64,000 nucleotides of DNA, from NCBI GenBank assembly GCA_965649295.1, contig CBFGKH010000006.1:123639-187638 (forward strand), written 5' to 3'. The stretch comes from a candidate division WOR-3 bacterium. GTDB taxonomy: Bacteria > Hydrothermota > Tepidihabitantia > Tepidihabitantales > Tepidihabitantaceae. Made by a program: the position numbers and the translations under genes. Below, piece by piece: positions 39,282 to 48,050 of this stretch. Numbering within the stretch: position 1 is the first letter of the stretch; each line of letters opens with the position of its first letter. The notes beneath the pieces are model-generated. The model worked only from the letters and a program-made list of their open reading frames with translations, made no database searches and was not told the origin of the DNA.

Positions 39282-42200
39282 ATGATGCGACAGATGTCCT
39301 TGCTGACTGCCATTATCCTTGTGGGCCTGGCAGCAGCCCAGACAGGTGTTGACCTTAGCCAGGCCGGCTATCTCCCCGCTGGCACCGAAATAGTCGAACT
39401 CCGTACTGCTGACGCCCGCCACTACAGTAATGGCGACGGCACAATAACCGCCGTCATCGAGGCGCTCAATCCCGGCGGCCCGAACCCGCAGCCTTTCGAT
39501 GTCACCACGCTCAGCTCCGGCTATACCTGTTTCATCGAGAAGATGACGGTTCTTTGGATAACCTATTACTCCCGCACGACCGGTGATTTCCACGTCGGCT
39601 ACTATACTGAAAGCGGCGGCACCATTCAGGAACGGGGCATGGCTGAATGGCAGCTTGGCTCGATCCCGGACAATGCCACTGTCAGCTCGGTTTCGTGCTC
39701 AACACGCTGCTTCAACTCCGGTTACAACTGGCCGACATCAGTGCCGCTGTATGAGATGACGAACCGCCCATCAACGACCCCAAATGACAACCCTGGCAAC
39801 ACGACGTTGTTCAATGATGCCGGTGACGGCGTGCAATATGCGACCTACACTGGGTTTGCTAACGACATCTGGCTACACGCAACCCTGAACGGCGCTGCCC
39901 CGCTTGTCCAGTCCCGCCTCACCGGAGGTGACTGGTTCGCCCTCGGCTACTCCTACACCGGCTCTGGTTCGGCCTACGAGGCCGGTTTCTACGGTGCTTG
40001 GGGAAACTATGCGCCCAAGCTCCGAGTCACCTACACCGTTCCGGCCACTCATGATGTCGGCGTGACCCAGATTCTTGCCCCAACCGGCACAGTTGATTCT
40101 GGTGCTCAGGTCACGCCCTCCTGTATCGTCCAGAACTACACAAGCAGCTCCGCGAGCTACATTGTGCGGCTCAAGGTCGGTCCCAATGGCAGCTACTACA
40201 ACGGTACCGCCTCGGTTACTAACCATCCGGGCAACTCAAGCCTCACAGTAACCGGCTTCTCGCCACCAATGTATGCCAACTGGCCGCGCAACACTGCCAT
40301 CGCTGTCACCTGCTCAACCGAGCTTACCGGCGACGCCAACAACAATAACGACAAAGCTACTACCAGCGTCCAGACTCGTGTCCGTGATGTCCAGCCGACA
40401 ATCTGGTACCAACCTCCCACAAACGTTGACTCCGGTGTAACCGTCACGCCGTCGGTGCGTGTCCAAAACAACGGCACAGTGCTGGCAACTTTCAATGTCC
40501 GGTTCTGGACAAGCGACGGCTTCTCCAGTACCAAGACCGTGACCAATCTCTCGGCCAATGGCGGCCAGGACATTGTTGACTTTGACCCCTGGACAATCAC
40601 CACCCGCGGCACAGTCGCCTGCACCTGCGCCACCCTGCTCAGCGACGATATGATTCGGGCCAACGACAGCATCAGCCGCAACGTGAGCGTTGCCGTGCGT
40701 GACGTCCGGGCAGTGGCAATCACCGCACCGGTCGCAGTTGACTCGGGTGTGCCGGTAACGCCCGAGGCAACGGTCCAGAACCTGGGCACGGCAGCAGCAA
40801 CCTTCCCAGTGCGCCTGTTCGTGGATGGCGTGCCGCACGGCAGCGACAAGTGGGTGAACAATCTCGCGCCCGGCCTGCCGCCAGTGGCCGTGACTTTTGA
40901 CGAATGGACTCCGAACCGTCACGGCAGCTTTGTCCTGCGCTGCTCGACTATGCTCGCCAACGATATGGTCCCAATCAATGACACAGTCTCGCGCACCGTG
41001 TCGGCAATGGTGCGGGACGTGCGGCCAATGCGCATCAACGTGCCGGCAGCCGAAATTGACTCTGGCCCGCCGCTGCTACCGAATGTGACGGTTGAGAACG
41101 TCGGCCCCAACCCATCCGGCCCGTTTGATGTCAGACTGACCATCGGCGCGTGGTCCGACCTCTATCACCTCGACAACCTTGCGCCCGGCGAGACTGCCCG
41201 TATCGGATTCCACTCCTGGCAGCCGCAGCGCGGGACTTGGCCGATTGAGCTTGTCACTCTCCTTGCTGGCGACGCCAACCCCGGCAATGACACGATTCGT
41301 TCCTCGGTCACGGTAGCTGTCCGCGACATCGGCGTCGGCTCAATACTGGCACCGGCTGGCAACGTCCGTCGCGGCACAGTCATAACTCCCCGCATTGCCA
41401 TTACAAACTACGGCAACCAGCCAGCCCTGGCCAACGCCGAACTGGTGATCAAGGACGAGTTTGGGACGGTCCTGCATACCGCCCAGGCGCGAGATGTCGC
41501 GGTCCCGGTTGCCGGTCTGGATAACCTGCCGCTTGAACCCGACTGGCCAGCGACCAATCTTGGCCGATTCCAGGCTGTCGCCAGAACCGTCTATGGCGAT
41601 GACATGCATCCCGAGAACGATACCGACAGCACCTACTTCGACGTTGTTGCCGGCAGCACTGACATTGGTGTCCAGCGAATTTGGTCGCCAGCCGGAACGA
41701 TTGACACTGGTACCACCGTTGTGCCAACCGTCTGGATTTACAATCCTGGCGAGCTGACTGCTGATGGCGACGCATTCTTCACCATAACCCACGCCAGCGA
41801 AACTGTATATTCAGCCACCGCCGCGATTGTCGGGCTCGCGCCGGGTGAATCAACCGAAATCAGCTTTGACGGCTGGCCCGGCCCCCACCCTGTCGGCAGC
41901 TACGTTGGTCGCTGCTCAGTGGCGCTCGCCGGTGACGAGAATCCTGCCAACGACACCCTGAGCCGGCCGTTTACCGTTGTTGCTCGCACCAACTGGCCGA
42001 GTGGCTGGCAGGAGGTGAGTAACCTGCCGGCTCCACCCTCCAACCGGCAGGTCAAGGACGGTGGCTGGATTGCAGGCCCGGCTGCCAATGGCCTGCTCTA
42101 CGCAATCAAGGGCAATAAGGTGCGTGACTTCTATGCCTACGACCCGATTGCCGATAGCTGGACCCGCAAGGCCGATTTCGGTTCTTCCAGCAGCCGGCTG

Positions 42201-43220
42201 CCCGGCAAGGGCGGTGCGGCGATTGCTGACGGTGGCCGCTACATCTATGCGGTCAAGGGCAACAACAGCCTTGAGTTCTACCGCTACGACGTGACCACTG
42301 ATAGCTGGCAGGCATTGCGCGAGGTCCCGCCCGGCAACCACAAGATCAAGGCTGGCGCCGACCTCGCCTATGTGAACTACGGTGACACCGGCTATGTCTA
42401 TCTCCTCAAAGGCTACCGCAACGAGTTCTACCGCTACAACACCGTAAGCGGCGAGTGGCAGACCGAAACCCGGGCTCCGGACCGGGCCAGCCCTAAGTAC
42501 GACAAAGGTTCATTCCTTGTCGGCGACGGCACCGGTGTGCTCTATGTCCATCAGGCCAAGTTCCACCGGCTCTACCGTTACGACGTCGCCACCCGCGCCT
42601 GGAGTGCCGATACCTTGCGGGGCATGCCGTTCGTCTCCCGTGTCTTCAACCGCACCCGCCAGTCCAAAGACGGCGGCTGCGCCGCCTGGTCCAACGGCAT
42701 CATCTATGCGCTCAAGGGCAACAACACCCAGGAGTACTACCGCTACTTCCCAGCCCATGACTCCTGGCAGGAACTTGACACAATGCCGCAATGGGGCCGG
42801 CTCACCCAACGCAAGCGGAAGGTCAAGTCCGGTGCCGATATCACCAGCTACGAGCCAGGCGTTATCTTTGCCCTCAAGGGCAACAAGACCAACGAATGCT
42901 GGCGCTGGAAAGACTGGCCAACCGCCTACTCGCTATCGCCCCAGCGCGACGGCATTGCCACCAGCTATTTGGCTGGCGACTATCAGTTGACGATTACCCC
43001 CAATCCGCTGCGCACTGGCTTCCTCTGCCTGACCACCGGCCCGCTCTATGACCGTGCTACGCTCTCTGTCTTCGATCCGCTTGGTCGCCGCGTCCTCACT
43101 CGGCCGCTTACACGCTCGTCCGCTCAACTCGACCTGCGTTCCCTGCCGAGCGGTGTCTATCTCCTCCGCATCGATCTCGGCAGCAGCCGGTTCACCCGCA
43201 AACTGGTAATCGAGCACTAA
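39282..43220 (+). CDS. Large surface protein: DNRLRE-like domain, about 6 CARDB-like Ig repeats, Kelch-like propeller, T9SS-like CTD
   Basis: Repeats of DVxxxxIxAP...V.N.G...NDT; KGN.T.EFYRY blades; PNP...DPLGRRV...LPSGVYL. Confidence 0.85.
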   Translation: MMRQMSLLTAIILVGLAAAQTGVDLSQAGYLPAGTEIVELRTADARHYSNGDGTITAVIEALNPGGPNPQPFDVTTLSSGYTCFIEKMTVLWITYYSRTTGDFHVGYYTESGGTIQERGMAEWQLGSIPDNATVSSVSCSTRCFNSGYNWPTSVPLYEMTNRPSTTPNDNPGNTTLFNDAGDGVQYATYTGFANDIWLHATLNGAAPLVQSRLTGGDWFALGYSYTGSGSAYEAGFYGAWGNYAPKLRVTYTVPATHDVGVTQILAPTGTVDSGAQVTPSCIVQNYTSSSASYIVRLKVGPNGSYYNGTASVTNHPGNSSLTVTGFSPPMYANWPRNTAIAVTCSTELTGDANNNNDKATTSVQTRVRDVQPTIWYQPPTNVDSGVTVTPSVRVQNNGTVLATFNVRFWTSDGFSSTKTVTNLSANGGQDIVDFDPWTITTRGTVACTCATLLSDDMIRANDSISRNVSVAVRDVRAVAITAPVAVDSGVPVTPEATVQNLGTAAATFPVRLFVDGVPHGSDKWVNNLAPGLPPVAVTFDEWTPNRHGSFVLRCSTMLANDMVPINDTVSRTVSAMVRDVRPMRINVPAAEIDSGPPLLPNVTVENVGPNPSGPFDVRLTIGAWSDLYHLDNLAPGETARIGFHSWQPQRGTWPIELVTLLAGDANPGNDTIRSSVTVAVRDIGVGSILAPAGNVRRGTVITPRIAITNYGNQPALANAELVIKDEFGTVLHTAQARDVAVPVAGLDNLPLEPDWPATNLGRFQAVARTVYGDDMHPENDTDSTYFDVVAGSTDIGVQRIWSPAGTIDTGTTVVPTVWIYNPGELTADGDAFFTITHASETVYSATAAIVGLAPGESTEISFDGWPGPHPVGSYVGRCSVALAGDENPANDTLSRPFTVVARTNWPSGWQEVSNLPAPPSNRQVKDGGWIAGPAANGLLYAIKGNKVRDFYAYDPIADSWTRKADFGSSSSRLPGKGGAAIADGGRYIYAVKGNNSLEFYRYDVTTDSWQALREVPPGNHKIKAGADLAYVNYGDTGYVYLLKGYRNEFYRYNTVSGEWQTETRAPDRASPKYDKGSFLVGDGTGVLYVHQAKFHRLYRYDVATRAWSADTLRGMPFVSRVFNRTRQSKDGGCAAWSNGIIYALKGNNTQEYYRYFPAHDSWQELDTMPQWGRLTQRKRKVKSGADITSYEPGVIFALKGNKTNECWRWKDWPTAYSLSPQRDGIATSYLAGDYQLTITPNPLRTGFLCLTTGPLYDRATLSVFDPLGRRVLTRPLTRSSAQLDLRSLPSGVYLLRIDLGSSRFTRKLVIEH

Positions 43221-43238
43221 TCGGCACCCGCCCGAAAA

Positions 43239-43270
43239 TGTCGCGACCCGCCAGCCGGCGGGTCGCGACA
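43239..43270. terminator. Stem-loop between convergent genes
   Basis: TGTCGCGACCCGCC-agcc-GGCGGGTCGCGACA. Confidence 0.7.
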
Positions 43271-43285
43271 ACTGTTCGGTCAGGA

Positions 43286-43735
43286 TTAGTCCTTGCTTTC
43301 GATGGTGATTTCCCGAGCCTTGACTTTCTCAGCCTTGGGCAGGACCAGTTCGAGCACGCCGGCCTTATAGCTGGCCGTAGCTTTGTCCCCTTGGATGCTC
43401 ACTGGCATCACAATCGTCCGCTGGAACGAACCATAGGCGCGCTCGATCCGGTGGAAGGTCTTGTTCTTCTGTTCGGCCTCATGTCGCCGCTCACCGGAGA
43501 TTGTCACCGTGTCGTCGGCGACTGTGACCTTGATATCTTCCTTCTTCATGCCCGGGATCTCGGCCCGGAGAATCATCGCATCGTTCGTCTCCTCGACGTC
43601 TACGGCCGGTGCCCAGAAGCCTTCGGCCCGCTCCCGGGGATAACGGCCGAGCATCGAGTCGAAGAATCTTTCCATATCTTCCCGCATTGAGGCCATCTCG
43701 CGGAAAGGATCCCAAGTCATTAGATTTCGAGCCAT
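43286..43735 (-). CDS. Hsp20/alpha-crystallin small heat-shock protein
   Basis: WAPAVDV, EIPG, ISGER, ERAYGSFQR, GVLELVLPK. Confidence 0.95.
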   Translation of the reverse strand: MARNLMTWDPFREMASMREDMERFFDSMLGRYPRERAEGFWAPAVDVEETNDAMILRAEIPGMKKEDIKVTVADDTVTISGERRHEAEQKNKTFHRIERAYGSFQRTIVMPVSIQGDKATASYKAGVLELVLPKAEKVKAREITIESKD

Positions 43736-43869
43736 AACACCACCTCCTTTTGGTTTATCTTTGCCTTCACCCGCTTAGACTACAGTTGGCGGCAGGACGG
43801 TTCAGCCCGACCACCACCGACTATCCCTGTTCGCGCTTGATTATCTACTGGTCAGACCGATACTCTGCT

Positions 43870-44742
43870 GTGCTCTACCTACTGCTCAAGGTCGCATCAG
43901 CGGTCGGCATGGGCCTGATTCTCAAACGGACCGACAAACAGGGCCTGGCCCGGCTACCGGTCATCCGCATCAACTACGCGGCTGCGGCTGGCTTAGCCTT
44001 TCTCGGCTGCCTTGCCGCTGGCCAGCAGCACATCTCGCTACCCACCGCCCTCCTTGCCATCTTCACCGGCGCTATCTTCGTTGCCGGCATGCTCTGCTGG
44101 GCCCAGACCATTCGCACGGCCGGTCTGGCCCTGTCAGTGGTTGCCATGCGCACCGCCATCGTCATTCCGGTCATTGCCTCAATCCTCATCTGGCACGAAA
44201 AGCCAACTGCCATCCAGCTCATTGGTGTCACCACTGCCCTAGTCGCCCTCAGCCTGGTCCTCAGTGACACGCTCCACCAGACCCAGCCGCGTGACCCGAA
44301 CCCCGGGCATGGACCCAAAGCACCATTCTGGCTAGCCAGTCTCTTTCTCATTGACGGCCTGGTAATGGTTCCGGCCCAAATCTTCCGCAAGGGACTACCC
44401 GAAAGCGAGACCCTGCCGTTCCAGACCGTCATCTTCATCGCCGCCTTCTTCATCACCACCATCATCTACTACCTGCGCCGACCGCGGACTAATGAGCAAT
44501 CACTCAACTGGGGAGCCCTGCTCGGCGCTGCCAACCTTGGCAACTACCTGTTTCTCGTCATGGCCCTAACCGTCTTGCCCGGCGTTGTGGTCTATCCGGT
44601 CATTGCTGCCGGCGAGGTCGGCCTTCTGGCCCTGGCCGGGGTCTTGGTCTGGAAAGAGAAAGTTGGCGTGCGAAGCTGGCTTGGCATTGGCCTCGCTGTC
44701 TGCGCTCTCATCCTCATCCAGCTCGGCAGGACTGCTAACTAG
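43870..44742 (+). CDS. DMT/EamA family transporter
   Basis: About 10 TM helices in two repeats (WHEKP, WKEKV); start GTG 43870. Confidence 0.85.
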   Translation: MLYLLLKVASAVGMGLILKRTDKQGLARLPVIRINYAAAAGLAFLGCLAAGQQHISLPTALLAIFTGAIFVAGMLCWAQTIRTAGLALSVVAMRTAIVIPVIASILIWHEKPTAIQLIGVTTALVALSLVLSDTLHQTQPRDPNPGHGPKAPFWLASLFLIDGLVMVPAQIFRKGLPESETLPFQTVIFIAAFFITTIIYYLRRPRTNEQSLNWGALLGAANLGNYLFLVMALTVLPGVVVYPVIAAGEVGLLALAGVLVWKEKVGVRSWLGIGLAVCALILIQLGRTAN

Positions 44743-44753
44743 GAGGAAGAAAA

Positions 44754-45260
44754 ATGGACAGTCGTTTGACCGCTATCTTTCGCCGACGGAGTGTGCGGGC
44801 GTTCACTGGCGCGACGATTGCCGCGGCCGACCTGCAGGCGTTGCTTGAGGCCGGAATGGCTGCGCCCAGCGCCCGCAATCTGCAGCCGTGGCACTTTGTG
44901 GTTGTGACCGACCGCCGGCAACTAGAGCAACTGGCCGAAATCCATCCCTACGGTAAGATGCTCGCCGCTGCCGGCGCCGCAATCGCGGTCTGTGGCGACA
45001 CAACCGCTAGCCCTGACTTCTGGATTCAGGACTGCTCTGCCGCGACTGAGAATATCCTGATTGCTGCGGCAATGCTCGGGCTTGGCACCTGCTGGCTGGG
45101 GATGCATCCGCGAGCCGAGCGCGTCGCGGCGGTGCGGAAGTTCCTCTCGATACCCGAGCAGTTCGGGATTCTCTCACTCATTGCGGTTGGCGTGCCGGCC
45201 GAACTGCCTGCACCGCGCACCCAGTACGACGCGTCGCGCGTCCACCACGGCCGCTGGTAG
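44754..45260 (+). CDS. Nitroreductase family protein
   Basis: RRSVRAF, APSARNLQPW, GLGTCWLG. Confidence 0.93.
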   Translation: MDSRLTAIFRRRSVRAFTGATIAAADLQALLEAGMAAPSARNLQPWHFVVVTDRRQLEQLAEIHPYGKMLAAAGAAIAVCGDTTASPDFWIQDCSAATENILIAAAMLGLGTCWLGMHPRAERVAAVRKFLSIPEQFGILSLIAVGVPAELPAPRTQYDASRVHHGRW

Positions 45261-45291
45261 CGGCGCTACCCAACTGGCGATTGCCGGCGGG

Positions 45292-47349
45292 CTAGCTGCT
45301 AACTGCTGACTTCGCCTGTTCGGCCTTGGTGTCCTTGGTGGTTGGCCCCGAGCCGCCAAGCGCGTTGAGCACGGCCTGGCCGATTTGGGAACAGTGGAAG
45401 TTGATGCGCTCAATATCGGCAATCATGTCAAGATGCACCGACGATGTGTCCATCGTCTCCTTCAGCCCTTGACTGAGCCGCCCCAGATGCCGGTCGTGCA
45501 GCTCGCGGCGACGCTCGACACCCCAGGCCCGGCGCTCGACCAGTCCGATAGCCAGCTTGCGGTCCCAGGTGGCAAGCGCGGCAATTGCCTGCGTCAGGCT
45601 CTGTTCTACCTCGGCGTGGAACTGGCCTATCTCGGCTAGCCCCTCGGCCGAGAATGCCAGGCCTTCCTCCATCTTCTTCCGACAATGGGCCATGATATTC
45701 TTGGAAACAACATCGGCGATGTGCTCCAGCTCGTCGGTCACATAAAAGAGAGCAACGGTGCGCCGCGACAGCGCTGGTGACAGCTCCTCTTGTGAAACCC
45801 GGGCAAGAAATCCGGTTATCGCCCCCTCAAGCCGGTCAACCTCGTCGTCACCAGCAACAATCCGGCGCCGTCCCTCTTTGTCATTATTGAGGAATACCGG
45901 CAGCGCTGCCCGATACAGCTCCAGCACCCTGTCGCCCATCCGCAACACCTCCCGGCAGGCTTGGGCCACTGCGACTTCGGGTGCTTCGAGTGCAGTCAGG
46001 TCAAGATAGCGTGGCCCCAGGGCCTGGCTGGCCCGATCCGGCACCAGCCGGCGCAGCAGTCGCTCATAGCCGCCGAGGAGCGGCAGAAAGACGACTGCCG
46101 CCATCACATTGATGAGAGTATGGGCATTGGCAATCTGCCGGGGGACGGCACTCGCAGTCAGGCTGAACAGCCTGACCAGAAACGGTAGAAACGGCATCAC
46201 CAGCCCGACCGTGACAAGCTTGAAGAGAAGATGGCCGGCAGCAATCCGCTTTGCCTCGATACCGCCGCGCCAGCTCGCAAGAATCGCATTGAAACAGGTG
46301 CCGACATTGGCGCCGAGAATGAACGGCACTGCCGTCTTCAGGTCAACTAGCCCGGCAAACGAAAGTCCGACGATAATGCCAATCGTTGCTGCCGACGACC
46401 TAATCAACCCGGTAAAGAGGACCGCGAAAAGCAGGGCCAGCCACGGCACCCTGCCGACCGCGGCCACAACGCTGGCCACCTGGGGCACATAGCGCAGCGG
46501 GTCAGCAGCCGTCAGCACTACCTTGAGCGACCAGAAGACCAGTCCGAACCCGAAAACCGCCTGGCCGATGTTGCGCAGCCGCCGCCACGAGTTCATCAGC
46601 ACAAATCCCAGCACCGCCACGATGATGGCATAGTCGAAGAGCCGGAACGCGAGAATCTGCACTGTCACGGTTGTACCGATATCGGCGCCAAGAATCACTC
46701 CCAATGACTGGCCAAGCGAGAGCAGCCCGGCTCGGGCCATTCCCACGAGCAGAGTGATGGTTGCCGATGACGATTGAAAGATGACTGTCACCCCGATGCC
46801 AGACAGCGCGCCAAGGATACGATTGGCGGTGAGCGAGAAAAGTAGCTCGCGCACCCGGTTGCCAGCGAGCCGGCGCAGCCCTTTCGACCCATAGTAGAGA
46901 CCGAACAGGAATAGTGTCAGCCCCCCGAGCATCTCGACAATCGTCAGCAGATACCAGCGCCGCCGCAGGGCCACGATGTCAAAGACGACCTCGTCCTCAG
47001 CCGTGGCCGCCCGAATCCGGTAGTCGCCAGCCGTGGCCCCGAGCGAAAGCCGGGTGCGCGCAAATCCGAGCCGATCGGTCAGCACCAAGGTATCAGCAAG
47101 CCGGGCTGGCGTTTTACCGTAGTAGTTATCAAGCGGCTGGGACAGCACGCTGAAGCGGACCGGCACACCAACCAGCGGCACGCCGTTGCGGGTAACCTGC
47201 ACCGTCAGCGGCCGCGCCAGCCCCAACCCCGCCTCTCCCACTTGGCGGTTGCCGGAAACATCCTCACCGTCAAGCTGGCCAAAGCTAATCGTCGCCGCCT
47301 GACCGATAGTGGCAATTAGCAACAGTAGGGGAACCAGTCTGCTTAACAC
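45292..47349 (-). CDS. Na+/Pi cotransporter (PnaS/NptA) with PhoU-like C-terminus and N-terminal Ig-like domain
   Basis: QSSSAT, GADIGTT, RSSAAT, GANVGT, IANAHT; PhoU-like ELEHIAD/DIERI. Confidence 0.88.
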   Translation of the reverse strand: MLSRLVPLLLLIATIGQAATISFGQLDGEDVSGNRQVGEAGLGLARPLTVQVTRNGVPLVGVPVRFSVLSQPLDNYYGKTPARLADTLVLTDRLGFARTRLSLGATAGDYRIRAATAEDEVVFDIVALRRRWYLLTIVEMLGGLTLFLFGLYYGSKGLRRLAGNRVRELLFSLTANRILGALSGIGVTVIFQSSSATITLLVGMARAGLLSLGQSLGVILGADIGTTVTVQILAFRLFDYAIIVAVLGFVLMNSWRRLRNIGQAVFGFGLVFWSLKVVLTAADPLRYVPQVASVVAAVGRVPWLALLFAVLFTGLIRSSAATIGIIVGLSFAGLVDLKTAVPFILGANVGTCFNAILASWRGGIEAKRIAAGHLLFKLVTVGLVMPFLPFLVRLFSLTASAVPRQIANAHTLINVMAAVVFLPLLGGYERLLRRLVPDRASQALGPRYLDLTALEAPEVAVAQACREVLRMGDRVLELYRAALPVFLNNDKEGRRRIVAGDDEVDRLEGAITGFLARVSQEELSPALSRRTVALFYVTDELEHIADVVSKNIMAHCRKKMEEGLAFSAEGLAEIGQFHAEVEQSLTQAIAALATWDRKLAIGLVERRAWGVERRRELHDRHLGRLSQGLKETMDTSSVHLDMIADIERINFHCSQIGQAVLNALGGSGPTTKDTKAEQAKSAVSS

Positions 47350-47442
47350 CGCCCTAACATATGCCCAGATTCCCAAGCTGTCAACGGTTAGGACAGAGTT
47401 GCAGCACCTTGCTTGGGCCAAACCGCTGGACTAAAATCGCTT

Positions 47443-47940
47443 GTGCCAAGACCGCGCTCGTTCCTAGTTCGAACTACTACTGCCATTCTTCTCTTCGGTT
47501 TGGGCCTAGCACTGATTCTTCGCTCGTTGCCGCGGCGCGGTCACAACCAAGCACCACCGGCTGACAACTGCCGCTATACCGATTCCGCGGTTCCGGCTCC
47601 GGGAGCCACCCCACCCGATTCTGCAACTGTGCTCGCCGCCCTAGCCCGCGTCTCCGACCCCGAGCTAGGGATAAGCATTGTTGACCTTGGTCTGCCCGAG
47701 AGCATTAGCGTTGACGGGAACGGCAATGTCAACGTCGTGCTGGTGCTGACCGTGCCCCATTGTCCGCGACGAGGACAGCTCGGCCAGCAGGCGCTCGCCG
47801 CCATCACTGCTCTTGCTGGTGTCCGTCGGACAACCGTCCGGCTGGACACGACTATTCGCTGGAGCAGGTCGCGACTGACACCGGCTGGCCACAAGTACTG
47901 GCGCGAGCGGTTCGGAACTGGGGCCGATTCGGCGCCCTAG
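47443..47940 (+). CDS. DUF59 / metal-sulfur cluster assembly domain protein with an N-terminal membrane anchor
   Basis: DPELGISIVDLGL, LTVPHCP. Confidence 0.75.
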   Translation: MPRPRSFLVRTTTAILLFGLGLALILRSLPRRGHNQAPPADNCRYTDSAVPAPGATPPDSATVLAALARVSDPELGISIVDLGLPESISVDGNGNVNVVLVLTVPHCPRRGQLGQQALAAITALAGVRRTTVRLDTTIRWSRSRLTPAGHKYWRERFGTGADSAP

Positions 47941-48050
47941 CCCGGGGCAGCGAATCCGGTCGTGACTTGACTTCCTTCCCGGCCAGGAGAAACTATACTG
48001 TTGGCTATTGTTGAGCTGCGGTGCCGGCCGGGCGCCGTGAAGGGAGTGCG

